Counted from the stretch's first letter, positions 26,381-35,824 are shown. The stretch: DNA of 64,000 nucleotides from Nitrospiraceae bacterium (GCA_021373015.1 JAJFTJ010000014.1:10927-74926); one strand, 5' to 3'. Numbers and translations are program-made. The notes: generated by a model from the letters alone, not told the origin.

Positions 26381-28030
26381 ATGAAAATGCGCCTTTTTTT
26401 AATTATTTTATTATCAACTTTGCTTTTTTTACATCCCTCATTTTCCCTAGCTGAAAACAAGGTAATCGAGATTACTGTCGAGAAAAAAAATACACTCAAC
26501 CATCTGTGCAAAATATATCTCGACGAACCAGAACTGTGCTGGAAAATCGCTAAGCTGAATCGTCTATCAAACCCTCACTTAATATTCCCAGGACAAACAA
26601 TAAAATTCCCTGTCGAGCTATTGAAAGGGGAACCTATCGAGGGAGAGGTTACATTTCTCAGCGGAGACGCCGCGGTAAGCGAAAACGGTAAAGAGCCTTG
26701 GAAGAAACTTCAAACAGGAGAACATATAAAAGAGGGCAGTTTTCTCCGAACAGAATCTGACAGTTCTCTTGAAGTTTCCTTTGAAGACGGCTCAACGTTC
26801 TTGCTCAAGCCTGATACATTAATGCGTTTAGAATCAGTTAAAAAGAAACCCTCAGGCTTTGCAATGAAATTTTTACTACAGGCCGGAAGAGTAATCGCAA
26901 AAATAAAGTCTTCAACGGGACGCGTATCCCGCTTTGAGATATATACTCCTTCAGCTGTTGCAGTTGTCAGGGGAACTGAATACAGAGTGTCGCTTGATCC
27001 AAAGATTTCCACAATGGCTGAAGTATTAGAAGGCAAAGTAAATATTGCATCTTCAGGCAGTGCGGTAACAGTGAAGAAGGGCGAGGGCACAGTGGTTAAA
27101 AGAGGATCTCCGCCTGCGAAACCCAAAAAACTATTACAGCCTCCTGCTCCAACAGAATTACTTCCTTTATATCGTGCATTCCCATTGCAACTCAGGTTTG
27201 ACTTAGTCAATGGAGCATCTTCATACAGAGTTATGCTCTCTCGGGATATTGATGCAAAAGATATTACTAAAGAGTTAAAAATAAAACCTCATGAAACATT
27301 CGAACTTTTCAGCGCAGAAGACGGCGCATATTATCTTACAACTACCAGTATAGACCCAGACAACCTCGAAGGACTGTCCTCAAAGCCAAAAGAGATTAAA
27401 ATCAGAATTAACCCGCTTCCGCCTCTTATTCAGGCGCCTGTTCATAGAACCAGATTACGCGAAAGAATCGTTGAGGTCAAATGGCTGAAGGTCAAAGATG
27501 CTGCAAACTATCATCTTCAAATATCGGAGGACAGAGAATTTAATAATATTGTATTAGATAAAAGCGATCTCAAGGATACGAGTTTGGCACCCGTAGAATT
27601 AGATAACAAGCGCTATTATCTTAGAATGAGTTCTGTTGCAAATGATGGGTATGAGGGAGTATGGTCTGTTGTCCAAGAATTTGAGATCGTCCCCGGTCAA
27701 GTTAAGCTTGTAAATATCGATGAAGCTAATGAATCTGCTATTGCCATACGTTGGGCAGATATGGGGAAAGGCGTCAATTATCAGGTTCAGATGTCAAAAA
27801 ATGAGGAATTTAAGGAAATACTTATCGACGAGAGGGTGACAAAACCCGAGGTATCGCTAAAAAAACCCTCTGAGCCCGGAACATATTATGTACGAGTGCG
27901 TGCAATTGCTTCGGACGGATCTCCAGCGGATTTTTCCAAGCCGCAGAGCTTTGAAATAAAAGAAAGCTTCCCTTATGAGGCCATCGGAGCTTTCAGCGCT
28001 TTTATAATTTTAATAATTATTATATTTTAA
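26381..28030 (+). CDS. secreted LysM + FecR domain protein with three Ig/Fn3-like repeats and a C-terminal TM anchor
   Basis: Signal peptide; LysM (TLNHLCKIYL...KLNRLSNPHLIFPGQTIKFP); FecR-like beta region (GEVTFLSGDA...FLRTESDSSLEVSFEDGS). Repeated (S/A/V)xY(R/H/Q)(V/L)(M/Q)(L/I/M)SxD/N..F modules. Tail FSAFIILIIIIF. Promoter-like TTGACA near 26290. Confidence 0.7.
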   Translation: MKMRLFLIILLSTLLFLHPSFSLAENKVIEITVEKKNTLNHLCKIYLDEPELCWKIAKLNRLSNPHLIFPGQTIKFPVELLKGEPIEGEVTFLSGDAAVSENGKEPWKKLQTGEHIKEGSFLRTESDSSLEVSFEDGSTFLLKPDTLMRLESVKKKPSGFAMKFLLQAGRVIAKIKSSTGRVSRFEIYTPSAVAVVRGTEYRVSLDPKISTMAEVLEGKVNIASSGSAVTVKKGEGTVVKRGSPPAKPKKLLQPPAPTELLPLYRAFPLQLRFDLVNGASSYRVMLSRDIDAKDITKELKIKPHETFELFSAEDGAYYLTTTSIDPDNLEGLSSKPKEIKIRINPLPPLIQAPVHRTRLRERIVEVKWLKVKDAANYHLQISEDREFNNIVLDKSDLKDTSLAPVELDNKRYYLRMSSVANDGYEGVWSVVQEFEIVPGQVKLVNIDEANESAIAIRWADMGKGVNYQVQMSKNEEFKEILIDERVTKPEVSLKKPSEPGTYYVRVRAIASDGSPADFSKPQSFEIKESFPYEAIGAFSAFIILIIIIF

Positions 28031-28066
28031 GACAAGTTATAAAATTATGATAATAGGCCTATCTCG

Positions 28067-30001
28067 ATGAATTTTAATCTCAAAATTTTTCGCGTATCTC
28101 TTTTTGCTACAGTAATGGCTCTGGCGCTTTCGTTTTCTGCCGAATACATGGGTCTTTACAACGGGATCGATTCGTATTTTTATAATATGTCTTTCAGAAT
28201 TCGTGGAGCCAAGCCTGTATCCGAGCGGATAATAATCGTAGCTGTTGACGAAAAAAGTCTTAAAGAATTCGGCAGGTGGCCGATACCCAGAAAACATTAT
28301 GCTCGCATGCTTGACAATCTTGAACAGGCTTCGGTTGTGGGATTCGATATCCTGTTTACTGAGCCTACAAAAGACGACAATCTTCTCGAAAAAGCAATGA
28401 AAAAACATAAAAATGCAGTTCTGCCTGTCTATATTGACAACAGCATGCATATAGAATATTCATCGCCTCTTCTTAGTTCGTATAAGGCAGGGCATGTGCA
28501 TATAGAACTTGGGATTAACGGTTTAGCAAACTCAATATATCACACAATTTACCACAAAGAGGCTGCTATCCCTTCTTTGACATCTGTTATATATGAATCA
28601 GACAGAGGGTATTTTGCGCGTGAAAAAATCCCTGCACAGACTGCGAGAAGCAAAAAGGGCTTAAGCTTGCTGCAACAGGATTTTAAAAAAATAAATTATT
28701 ACGGGCCAGCAGGACAATTCCAGAGGGTTTCGATGGCAGATGTTGTTAGTGAAAAATATTCTCCAAGTTTCTTTTTGGATAAAATTGTTCTAGTAGGTGT
28801 GACAGCGCCTGGGATCGCTGACGACAAACACACTCCTTTCAGCCAAGAAAGAAATACAATGCCCGGAGTAGAAGTATTTGCAAATGCTTTGAACAATCTT
28901 TTAGATAACAATTCAATTAAAGACGTACCCATAATACTACTCGGTTTAATTGTGATATTCTTCTCTTTGTTTATGTTCTTTCTACTAATGAAATTCAAAG
29001 AAAAGTGGATATTCATATTCTGGTTTCTAAGCCTCTTTCTGACAAGCATTGCTGTTTATCTTCTTTTTTCTGTTAAAAATATATGGATGAACCCGTCACT
29101 TTTCTATTCCTCATTCAGTCTCACGTTTATGTTTATTTATCTTTATAAATTAAACAGCGCTGCAAAAAAGCTTGACGAAGAACATTCAATGATTAACTCT
29201 CTCTTAGCAACTAATACAACTGAAAAAGCCAAGATAGTTCACGGCAAAGGATTTCGAGGTCTCTTTTCTGTCGGCGGAATAAATTCTAAGATAGAGACTC
29301 TTTTATCATTAGAGCGCTTATATGAACAAAAGCTCGAAGATACTGTTCAAAAAAGAACCCATGAATTATCCCAAGCAATTTCCATGATAAGCAACCTTAG
29401 TAATGAGATGATATTGAGACTGACAAAAGCAGTTGAATGCAAAGAAGGTGGAACCGGTGAGCATATAGTTAGAGTAAGTTTATACGCTAAACATCTGTCC
29501 GAGGCGCTAAGAATGCCGAATAATTTTATCGAGACCATTGAGTTTGCAAGTGCGATGCATGATATAGGCAAATTAGGCATTCCTGACAAGATACTGCTGA
29601 AACCCGACAAACTTACTAGAGAAGAAATGGAGATAATGAAAACCCATTGCGTTCTGGGTGAACGAATACTTGCTGACTCTCTTTATCCTAAAATTCAGAT
29701 GTCAGCAGTGATTGCTCTTAATCATCATGAGAGATGGGATGGGACAGGGTACCCAAACCACCTGAATGGGGAAAAAATTCCGATTGAGGCTAGGATCCTT
29801 ATTTTATGTGACTGTTACGATGCACTAAGAAGCAAAAGACCTTACAAACCCGCTTATTCTCATCAGGAAACCTTAGCTATTATTACAAAAGGCAATGAGA
29901 GAACAAGTCCGGAGCATTTTGATCCGCAGGTTCTGCGCGCATTTATAGAATCTGCCGGGGTGTTCGAGGGGATATTCAATAAATATCCTAATGTTAGTTA
30001 A
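28067..30001 (+). CDS. CHASE2 sensor / HD-GYP c-di-GMP phosphodiesterase
   Basis: CHASE2 signature (IIIVAVDEKSLKEFGRWPIPR...GFDILFTEP), three TM helices, HD-GYP domain (HDIGKLGIP, HHERWDGTGYP). Confidence 0.85.
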   Translation: MNFNLKIFRVSLFATVMALALSFSAEYMGLYNGIDSYFYNMSFRIRGAKPVSERIIIVAVDEKSLKEFGRWPIPRKHYARMLDNLEQASVVGFDILFTEPTKDDNLLEKAMKKHKNAVLPVYIDNSMHIEYSSPLLSSYKAGHVHIELGINGLANSIYHTIYHKEAAIPSLTSVIYESDRGYFAREKIPAQTARSKKGLSLLQQDFKKINYYGPAGQFQRVSMADVVSEKYSPSFFLDKIVLVGVTAPGIADDKHTPFSQERNTMPGVEVFANALNNLLDNNSIKDVPIILLGLIVIFFSLFMFFLLMKFKEKWIFIFWFLSLFLTSIAVYLLFSVKNIWMNPSLFYSSFSLTFMFIYLYKLNSAAKKLDEEHSMINSLLATNTTEKAKIVHGKGFRGLFSVGGINSKIETLLSLERLYEQKLEDTVQKRTHELSQAISMISNLSNEMILRLTKAVECKEGGTGEHIVRVSLYAKHLSEALRMPNNFIETIEFASAMHDIGKLGIPDKILLKPDKLTREEMEIMKTHCVLGERILADSLYPKIQMSAVIALNHHERWDGTGYPNHLNGEKIPIEARILILCDCYDALRSKRPYKPAYSHQETLAIITKGNERTSPEHFDPQVLRAFIESAGVFEGIFNKYPNVS

Positions 30002-30098
30002 ACTTAATAACAAGGATAGGTTTATCTGTTACTATTGTAATCAATTCCAATGCTATAATCACATTTATCCCCGTTAATGCTAACCTAGTAACATATAG

Positions 30099-30260
30099 TT
30101 AATTTGCGCAGCAGAGACGCTTCATTGACTTTCTCCCAGTAGAAGAAACTGAAAGAACTACCTCAATCTTTTTGCCGCAGAGACTGCATAACTGTCCCTT
30201 GCTCTTGTTCTCAGCTCTTGCTGATACGTCAGTCTTGGACTTAACTTTTTCTCCAGCCAT
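30099..30260 (-). CDS. unlisted 53-aa Lys/Cys-rich small protein (CxxC...CC), unknown function
   Basis: Below the ORF-track size cut-off. ATG preceded by AAGGAGG at 7-nt spacing. Translation is MAGEKVKSKTDVSARAENKSKGQLCSLCGKKIEVVLSVSSTGRKSMKRLCCAN. Consensus promoter upstream. Confidence 0.6.
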   Translation of the reverse strand: MAGEKVKSKTDVSARAENKSKGQLCSLCGKKIEVVLSVSSTGRKSMKRLCCAN

Positions 30261-30373
30261 AGTAAAACCCTCCTTTAAATTATTAACTTAAATTTTCAGA
30301 GCTTGCGCTCGTTTTTTTTTTGCAGACTTTTTAGAGGCACTGAGGACTGCCTGGAAGCTGCACAAAACTTGAT

Positions 30374-30404
30374 ATTATACTTCAATTTAAGGCAAGGTTG
30401 TCAA
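30374..30404 (-). promoter_or_regulatory. sigma70 consensus promoter (TTGACA, 19 nt, TATAAT) upstream of the 53-aa ORF
   Basis: Minus-strand TTGACA at 30404-30399 and TATAAT at 30379-30374. The spacer is 19 nt, which is long. Implies a leader of about 105 nt containing an A10 run and a GAGC-GCAA-GCTC hairpin. Confidence 0.45.
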
Positions 30405-30441
30405 CGAAAAATACCAGCAGAAACAGATTTCTTTAAAAAAT

Positions 30442-30963
30442 TCAGTCTTTTTTTATGAAAAGACTTCTTAAAGCTGCACGCTTCATTTCCTGTCCACATG
30501 ATAAAGCCTGCTGAAGTTCTGCCATTTTTTTCTCGAATGGTCCGATATTCCAGCATTCATCTTCTTTTAATTCCTCAAGATTAATTCTTTTTTCATTTAA
30601 AGAACAGATATCTCTCATTTCCACAAACTCATCATTATCTCCATAATCAATCCAGCGCAATGGAAGTCCTTGTGTTCTGCAGACATAAGGCCGATGTTCA
30701 TAAATTCTACATCCTTCTTTCTCGTCCAGAAACGCACACTTGCCTTCAGGATAAGGCTTTCCACTTTTGAGCAGATATTTATAATTGCTTTTTATGTTTT
30801 CTGCCTCAATTTCAAAAACAGTAATATCATCCATGCAGCATGAACTGCATCCATACTTGCAACTAAGTCTTTGCCTGTGAATCTCATGAAGTTTTTTGAC
30901 AAAAATGTCTAATTCATTGTAAAAATCATCTATTGTTTTTAGTGCTTTTATTTTCTTGTGCAT
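30442..30963 (-). CDS. YkgJ-family cysteine-cluster protein (CxxCxxCC zinc/iron-chelating domain, UPF0153)
   Basis: CKYGCSSCCMDD, CAFLDEKEGCRIYEHRPYVCRTQG motifs. 173 aa. Confidence 0.75.
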   Translation of the reverse strand: MHKKIKALKTIDDFYNELDIFVKKLHEIHRQRLSCKYGCSSCCMDDITVFEIEAENIKSNYKYLLKSGKPYPEGKCAFLDEKEGCRIYEHRPYVCRTQGLPLRWIDYGDNDEFVEMRDICSLNEKRINLEELKEDECWNIGPFEKKMAELQQALSCGQEMKRAALRSLFIKKD

Positions 30964-31155
30964 AATCTTAATTCTATCAAAAATTTAACAACAAGGCTAT
31001 AAGCTGAATTAATGGCACTATAAATTTAACAAAATTGTAAAAACCTAATTCTTCATTGACAATCGATTAAATAGTCTTATATATTTATCAGTCGTTTTAA
31101 TTTGCTGTTTTTAAATTTTTCAGCTAATTCAACTAAAGATTGGGAAGAGGAACTT

Positions 31156-32223
31156 ATGAAAGATGTGCAGTTCATGATCCTTAGGAAGGAAAACTTTAAC
31201 GGTTTTATCTCTCAGCTCGCAAAGACGCAGAAGGTAATGGCGCCTGTTGCAAAAGGTAACAAGAGTTTCGTCTTTGAGGAAGTCACATCAGGGGACCAGA
31301 TTTCTCTAAAATATATTCCAACAGTGCTGCCTCCAAAAAAATTCTTCATGCCTCAGAGAGAACCACTTGTTGAGTTCGATCAGGCAAAAGGGCTTGAGAT
31401 GCAGGCAATTGTTGAGCAGGAAAAGATGGTGCTCTTCGGAGTTCATACCTGCGACCTAGCAGGAATTCAGTGTCTTAACATGGTATTTTCTGAAAGACCA
31501 AAGGATTATAATTATCTCACAAGAAAGTACAAGATAAACATCATAGGGCTCGGCTGCAATGAATATTGCGATGAGCATGCAAGCTGCAACCTTGTTAACG
31601 CAAATGTGCCTAATGGAGGATATGACTTATTCTTCTCAGACGTTGGCGACTATTTCATTGTGCATATAAATACTCATGCAGGCGATGAGATAATAGAACA
31701 GACAAAGTTTTTCGAGCCTATTGCAAAAGAGAATATGCAGGATTTGGTTAACCTTCGTGAAAAGAAAAAAAATATTTTTAAAAATGAAATCCCGATTGAA
31801 TCGCGCGATATTGCAGAGCTTTTTGATAAGTCTTTTGAAAGTCCTGTATGGGAAGAGGTTGGAGAGAGATGTCTTTCTTGCGGAAACTGCACAAATGTAT
31901 GTCCGACCTGTTACTGTTTTGATATTATTGACGAGGTAAATTTGGATCTTAAGAGCGGCAAGCGTTATCGAAAATGGTATTCATGCCAGCTTGACCCATT
32001 TGCTCTTGTAGCAGGCGGTGAAAATTTCAGAAAGTCCAGGGCTGCAAGGCAGAAACATCGTTATTACAGAAAATTCAAATATCCTGTCAGTAAATTTTCA
32101 AGATTCTTTTGCACTGGATGCGGAAGATGCACCAGAACATGCATGGCAGGGATCAGTCTCAAAGAAACTCTGAACAACTTGATAAAGGAGAGAGTGAACA
32201 AGCTATGGATAAAGTGGCTATAA
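31156..32223 (+). CDS. NiFe hydrogenase (group 3b-like) beta subunit, 4Fe-4S protein
   Basis: CLSCGNCTNVCPTCYC and FCTGCGRCTRTC ferredoxin-type clusters. Start set to the ATG after GGAAGAGGA. First gene of the beta-gamma-delta-alpha order. Confidence 0.8.
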   Translation: MKDVQFMILRKENFNGFISQLAKTQKVMAPVAKGNKSFVFEEVTSGDQISLKYIPTVLPPKKFFMPQREPLVEFDQAKGLEMQAIVEQEKMVLFGVHTCDLAGIQCLNMVFSERPKDYNYLTRKYKINIIGLGCNEYCDEHASCNLVNANVPNGGYDLFFSDVGDYFIVHINTHAGDEIIEQTKFFEPIAKENMQDLVNLREKKKNIFKNEIPIESRDIAELFDKSFESPVWEEVGERCLSCGNCTNVCPTCYCFDIIDEVNLDLKSGKRYRKWYSCQLDPFALVAGGENFRKSRAARQKHRYYRKFKYPVSKFSRFFCTGCGRCTRTCMAGISLKETLNNLIKERVNKLWIKWL

Positions 32224-33041
32224 AAGATTCCAAATACATTCCCAAAAAAGCCCAGATAATAAAAGTCACACAGATGACTCCGCATGAAAAGTTCTTTCAT
32301 CTTGTGCTAGAAGGCGGAGAAAGCCTTGACCATGAACCGGGTCAGTTTATTATGGTTTCAGTTGTAGGCGTTGGGGAAGTTCCTGTTTCTGTATGTTCAT
32401 CACCGTCAAGAAGAGGCTCATTTGATTTATGCGTAAGGGCGGTTGGCAAGGTTACCCGCTCTTTGCATAAGCTTGAGGCAGGCGATGTAATAGGAGTAAG
32501 AGGACCCTACGGTGTAGGGTTCCCCATAAGGATACTTGAGGGAAATGATCTGTTGATTGTAGCCGGAGGATTAGGAATAGCGCCTCTTCGTTCTCTTATA
32601 AATTATGTTTTGGATAATAGAAGAGATTTTGGAAACGTTCATATACTGCTTGGCTGTAAATCTCCAAATGACATGCTGTTTGTTGACGAACTCGGCGAAT
32701 GGCAAAAGCGTATGGATGTTCACTATGAATGTACTGTAGACAATGCAGCTCCGGATTGGGCAGGAAATGTAGGGCTTATTACTACATTGCTTCCCGGTGT
32801 TGATATAGAGCCAGAAAGAACATTTGCAGTGGTAGTCGGTCCTCCTGTGATGTATAAATTTGTGATAAAAGAACTTCTGGCAAAAAACATCCCTGAAAGA
32901 CAGATTCTTGTATCTTTTGAACGCCATATGAAATGCGGAATGGGCAAATGCGGCCGCTGTCAGATACAAGGAATATACTGCTGTCAGGATGGACCTGTTT
33001 TCAATTATGAAAAAATCAAAGATTTGAGCGAGGCATTCTAA
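32205..33041 (+). CDS. hydrogenase gamma subunit, FAD/NAD(P)-binding oxidoreductase with C-terminal 2Fe-2S
   Basis: Ferredoxin-NADP reductase-like fold (GQFIMVS, RGPYG, IVAGGLGIAPLRS). C-terminal CGMGKCGRCQ. Start ATG after AAAGGAGAG overlaps the beta subunit by 19 nt. Confidence 0.8.
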   Translation: MDKVAIKDSKYIPKKAQIIKVTQMTPHEKFFHLVLEGGESLDHEPGQFIMVSVVGVGEVPVSVCSSPSRRGSFDLCVRAVGKVTRSLHKLEAGDVIGVRGPYGVGFPIRILEGNDLLIVAGGLGIAPLRSLINYVLDNRRDFGNVHILLGCKSPNDMLFVDELGEWQKRMDVHYECTVDNAAPDWAGNVGLITTLLPGVDIEPERTFAVVVGPPVMYKFVIKELLAKNIPERQILVSFERHMKCGMGKCGRCQIQGIYCCQDGPVFNYEKIKDLSEAF

Positions 33042-33790
33042 TGAAAAAACCAAAAGTAGCTTTTTTTGATTTTGCCTGTTGTGAAGGGTGCCAGCTTCAG
33101 GTGGCAAATATAGGTGAAGCATTGCTGGATGTTTTGGGTGTAATAGATGTAGTAGAGTTTCGCGAAGTTATGTCAGAAAAATGGGATAAAGACATTGATG
33201 TTGCTATTATTGAAGGAAGCATTACCAACAAGAATGCTGTTGAAAGAATCAAAGAAATAAGAAAAAGAGCAAAGGTTTTGATTGCATACGGCTCCTGCGC
33301 AACTATCGGAGGTGTCAATGGAATGAAGAATGCTTTTGATCTCGATGAGATTAGAAACTATGTTTATGGCAAAGACTTCAAATTCTTCCCGACAGAAAAA
33401 ACACAAGCAGTTAATCAGGTAGTTAAGGTTGATTATTTTGTGAATGGCTGTCCTGTTTACGTGCCCGAATTTTTAACTGTTGTAAAGGCAGCGCTGCGAA
33501 GCATTCCTTATTATGTGCCTGATTATCCTATTTGTGTTGAATGCAAACTTAATGAAAATATCTGCATGTACGACCGAGGAGTTTCCTGCCTTGGCCCTGT
33601 TACAAAGGCAGGATGCAATTCATGGTGCATAAATAACGGGAATATTTGTTATGGATGCCGCGGAATGATCTCAAATCCAAATGAAAAAAGCGCAAAAGAT
33701 GTGCTTGCAAAACACAATATACCAGTAGAATTTATAACAAATAAAATGAATATGTATAACAAATGCAGGGAGCTGAACAAAAATGAATAA
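33041..33790 (+). CDS. NiFe hydrogenase small (delta) subunit
   Basis: FDFACCEGCQ proximal-cluster motif, GSCATIGG, and distal Cys motifs (CVECKLNENIC, GCNSWC, CYGCRG). Start overlaps the gamma stop. Confidence 0.85.
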   Translation: MKKPKVAFFDFACCEGCQLQVANIGEALLDVLGVIDVVEFREVMSEKWDKDIDVAIIEGSITNKNAVERIKEIRKRAKVLIAYGSCATIGGVNGMKNAFDLDEIRNYVYGKDFKFFPTEKTQAVNQVVKVDYFVNGCPVYVPEFLTVVKAALRSIPYYVPDYPICVECKLNENICMYDRGVSCLGPVTKAGCNSWCINNGNICYGCRGMISNPNEKSAKDVLAKHNIPVEFITNKMNMYNKCRELNKNE

Positions 33791-35111
33791 ACGGAATATC
33801 GATATAAATGTAGAGTACCTGACAAGAGTTGAAGGACATGGGAATATTGTTGTTAACGTAAAAGAAGGCAAACTAGAAACATGCAGACTTGATATAGTTG
33901 AAGCTCCACGTTTGTTCGAAGGCATGCTCAGAGGCCGTTCTGTTTTTGAAGCACAGCATATCACAAGCAGAATATGCGGAATATGCTCGTGTGGACACAC
34001 ACTTGCGTCTATTCAGGCCGCAGAAGATGCGTTAGGCATAACCCCGTCTGAACAGACTCTTAAATTAAGAAAACTTTTGTTGCATTATGAGATGCTGGAC
34101 AGTCACATCCTGCACATATACCTTCTTGTTGCTCCTGATCTTCTCGGCGTAAAGAGTTTTGTTCCTTTGATAGACTCACACAATAAGGTTGTCAGAAGGG
34201 CGTTAAGGATGAAAAAAACATGTAATGATGTCTGTGACATCCTAGTCGGCAGACATGTTCATCCAATATCTGCAATTGTCGGAGGGTTCACAAAGCTTCC
34301 TAAGCCAAAGGATCTTGACACAATGCTCCAGATGCTTACTGCAATGAGACCAGATATGGAAGCAACCGTAGAGTTAATGTCTTCTGTGAAATTTCCTGAA
34401 TTTGAAAGGGATACCGAATATGTCGGCCTCGTTAATGACACAAATGAATATCCTCTTCTCATGGGAGACATAGGTTCAACTGATGGGGTGAGGATGAAGC
34501 CCAAGGATTACAAAAAAATAACAAATGAATTTGTTGTTTCCCACTCATCGGCAAAACATACAAAACTAAGCCGTAAATCTTATGCTGTTGGTGCGCTTGC
34601 AAGATTCAACCTTAACTTTGAAAAACTTCTTCCTAAGGCTAAAGCTGCAGCAAAAACTCTTAAAATGAAACCTAAGTGTATTAATCCATATCTTAACACT
34701 GCTGCCCAGCTTATAGAGAGCGTTCACTGCCTTGAAGATGCTATTTCAATTATCGAGGGGTTAAAGAAAAACGGCATTAAATACGAAGAAGAAATTCTTG
34801 TTGGACTGAATGAAAAAGGCAATATACCTGTCAGGGCAGGCAATGGTGTTGGCGCTATTGAAGTGCCGCGAGGTATTTTATTCCATAACTATGAGCTTGA
34901 TGCACAGGGGAAAATTGTTAATGCTAACTGCATCATACCCACAAACCAGAACGTTAACAATATAGAGCATGACATGGAAAAACTTGTGCCTGAGATTATT
35001 AATAAAAAAGACGAAGAGATAACTCTTGCGCTAGAAATGCTTGTTCGCGCATATGATCCTTGCATCTCATGCTCAACACATCTTCTTAACGTTAAATTTG
35101 TTAACAGATAA
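33783..35111 (+). CDS. NiFe hydrogenase large (alpha) subunit
   Basis: N-terminal RICGICSCGH and C-terminal DPCISCSTH Ni-Fe ligand motifs, followed by a 9-aa extension (LLNVKFVNR) of the kind removed by a maturation protease. Confidence 0.9.
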   Translation: MNKRNIDINVEYLTRVEGHGNIVVNVKEGKLETCRLDIVEAPRLFEGMLRGRSVFEAQHITSRICGICSCGHTLASIQAAEDALGITPSEQTLKLRKLLLHYEMLDSHILHIYLLVAPDLLGVKSFVPLIDSHNKVVRRALRMKKTCNDVCDILVGRHVHPISAIVGGFTKLPKPKDLDTMLQMLTAMRPDMEATVELMSSVKFPEFERDTEYVGLVNDTNEYPLLMGDIGSTDGVRMKPKDYKKITNEFVVSHSSAKHTKLSRKSYAVGALARFNLNFEKLLPKAKAAAKTLKMKPKCINPYLNTAAQLIESVHCLEDAISIIEGLKKNGIKYEEEILVGLNEKGNIPVRAGNGVGAIEVPRGILFHNYELDAQGKIVNANCIIPTNQNVNNIEHDMEKLVPEIINKKDEEITLALEMLVRAYDPCISCSTHLLNVKFVNR

Positions 35112-35568
35112 AATAAAAGACCTTTTTAAAACGCCGGAATCTGGGATTCTGTTGATAATCACTGTAGGCAATTCTCTTAGAGCAGATGACGGCGTTGGTC
35201 CCTACATATCAGAAAATCTTAAAAACCCCAACCCCAAAATTAAAATCATGGATGCAGGTGAAAGACCTGAGGCTATCATTGATCAGGCTGTTGAGCTTAA
35301 CCCGAAAAAAGTGATAATTATAGATGCCGCACATTTTGAAGGAACACATGGAGAACTACATATAATCAAGGAAGAAGATATTTCACATACAATACTGACA
35401 ACCCATGCTTTTCCTTTGAATGCTCTAGCTAAAATTATAGCGGATGATACTAACGCAAAAGTTTACTTTCTGGGAATTCAGGCAAAAAATACACGATTAG
35501 GCAAAAGTCTCTCTGAAGAGGTAAAAAAATCTGCCGATGAATTAATCGGTTATCTGAACAGTGAATAA
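35098..35568 (+). CDS. hydrogenase maturation endopeptidase (HycI/HoxW-like)
   Basis: ILLIITVGNSLRADDGVGPYI and IIIDAAHF motifs. Start uncertain. TTG at 35098 is chosen because the ATG at 35041 lies well inside the alpha gene. Confidence 0.75.
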   Translation: MLTDKIKDLFKTPESGILLIITVGNSLRADDGVGPYISENLKNPNPKIKIMDAGERPEAIIDQAVELNPKKVIIIDAAHFEGTHGELHIIKEEDISHTILTTHAFPLNALAKIIADDTNAKVYFLGIQAKNTRLGKSLSEEVKKSADELIGYLNSE

Positions 35569-35569
35569 A

Positions 35570-35821
35570 ATGAAATGCAGAAAAGGCTGCGGAGCCTGCT
35601 GTATTGCACCTTCCATATCATCACCAATCCCTGGCATGCCTGAAGGCAAACCAGCCGGTGTTAGATGCCTCCATCTAACTGGTGATTGTTTCTGCGGGAT
35701 TTATGAAAATCCTGAACGTCCAAAGGTATGCAAATCTTTTCAGGCATCTTATGAAACATGCGGTTCGTCGCGTGATGAGGCGATCAGTTCACTTTCGATT
35801 CTTGAAAGCCTTACAAAATGA
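35570..35821 (+). CDS. small YkgJ-like cysteine-cluster protein
   Basis: CRKGCGACCIAP and RCLHL.GDCFCGIYENPERPKVCKSF. ATG is 1 nt after the protease stop (the GTG at 35561 is also possible). Confidence 0.7.
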   Translation: MKCRKGCGACCIAPSISSPIPGMPEGKPAGVRCLHLTGDCFCGIYENPERPKVCKSFQASYETCGSSRDEAISSLSILESLTK

Positions 35822-35824
35822 TTT

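Noticed and set aside
28037-28450. 137-aa minus-strand ORF overlapping the start of the CHASE2 gene.
   Set aside because: It is antisense to a strongly supported CHASE2 N-terminus and has no recognisable domain.
30296-30321. GAGC-TTGC-GCTC hairpin followed by T10 on the plus strand, as a terminator for the HD-GYP gene.
   Set aside because: The stem is only 4 bp and lies 300 nt past the stop, across the antisense 53-aa ORF. It could equally be part of that ORF's leader (A10 on the minus strand). Left ambiguous and mentioned under the small-ORF finding.
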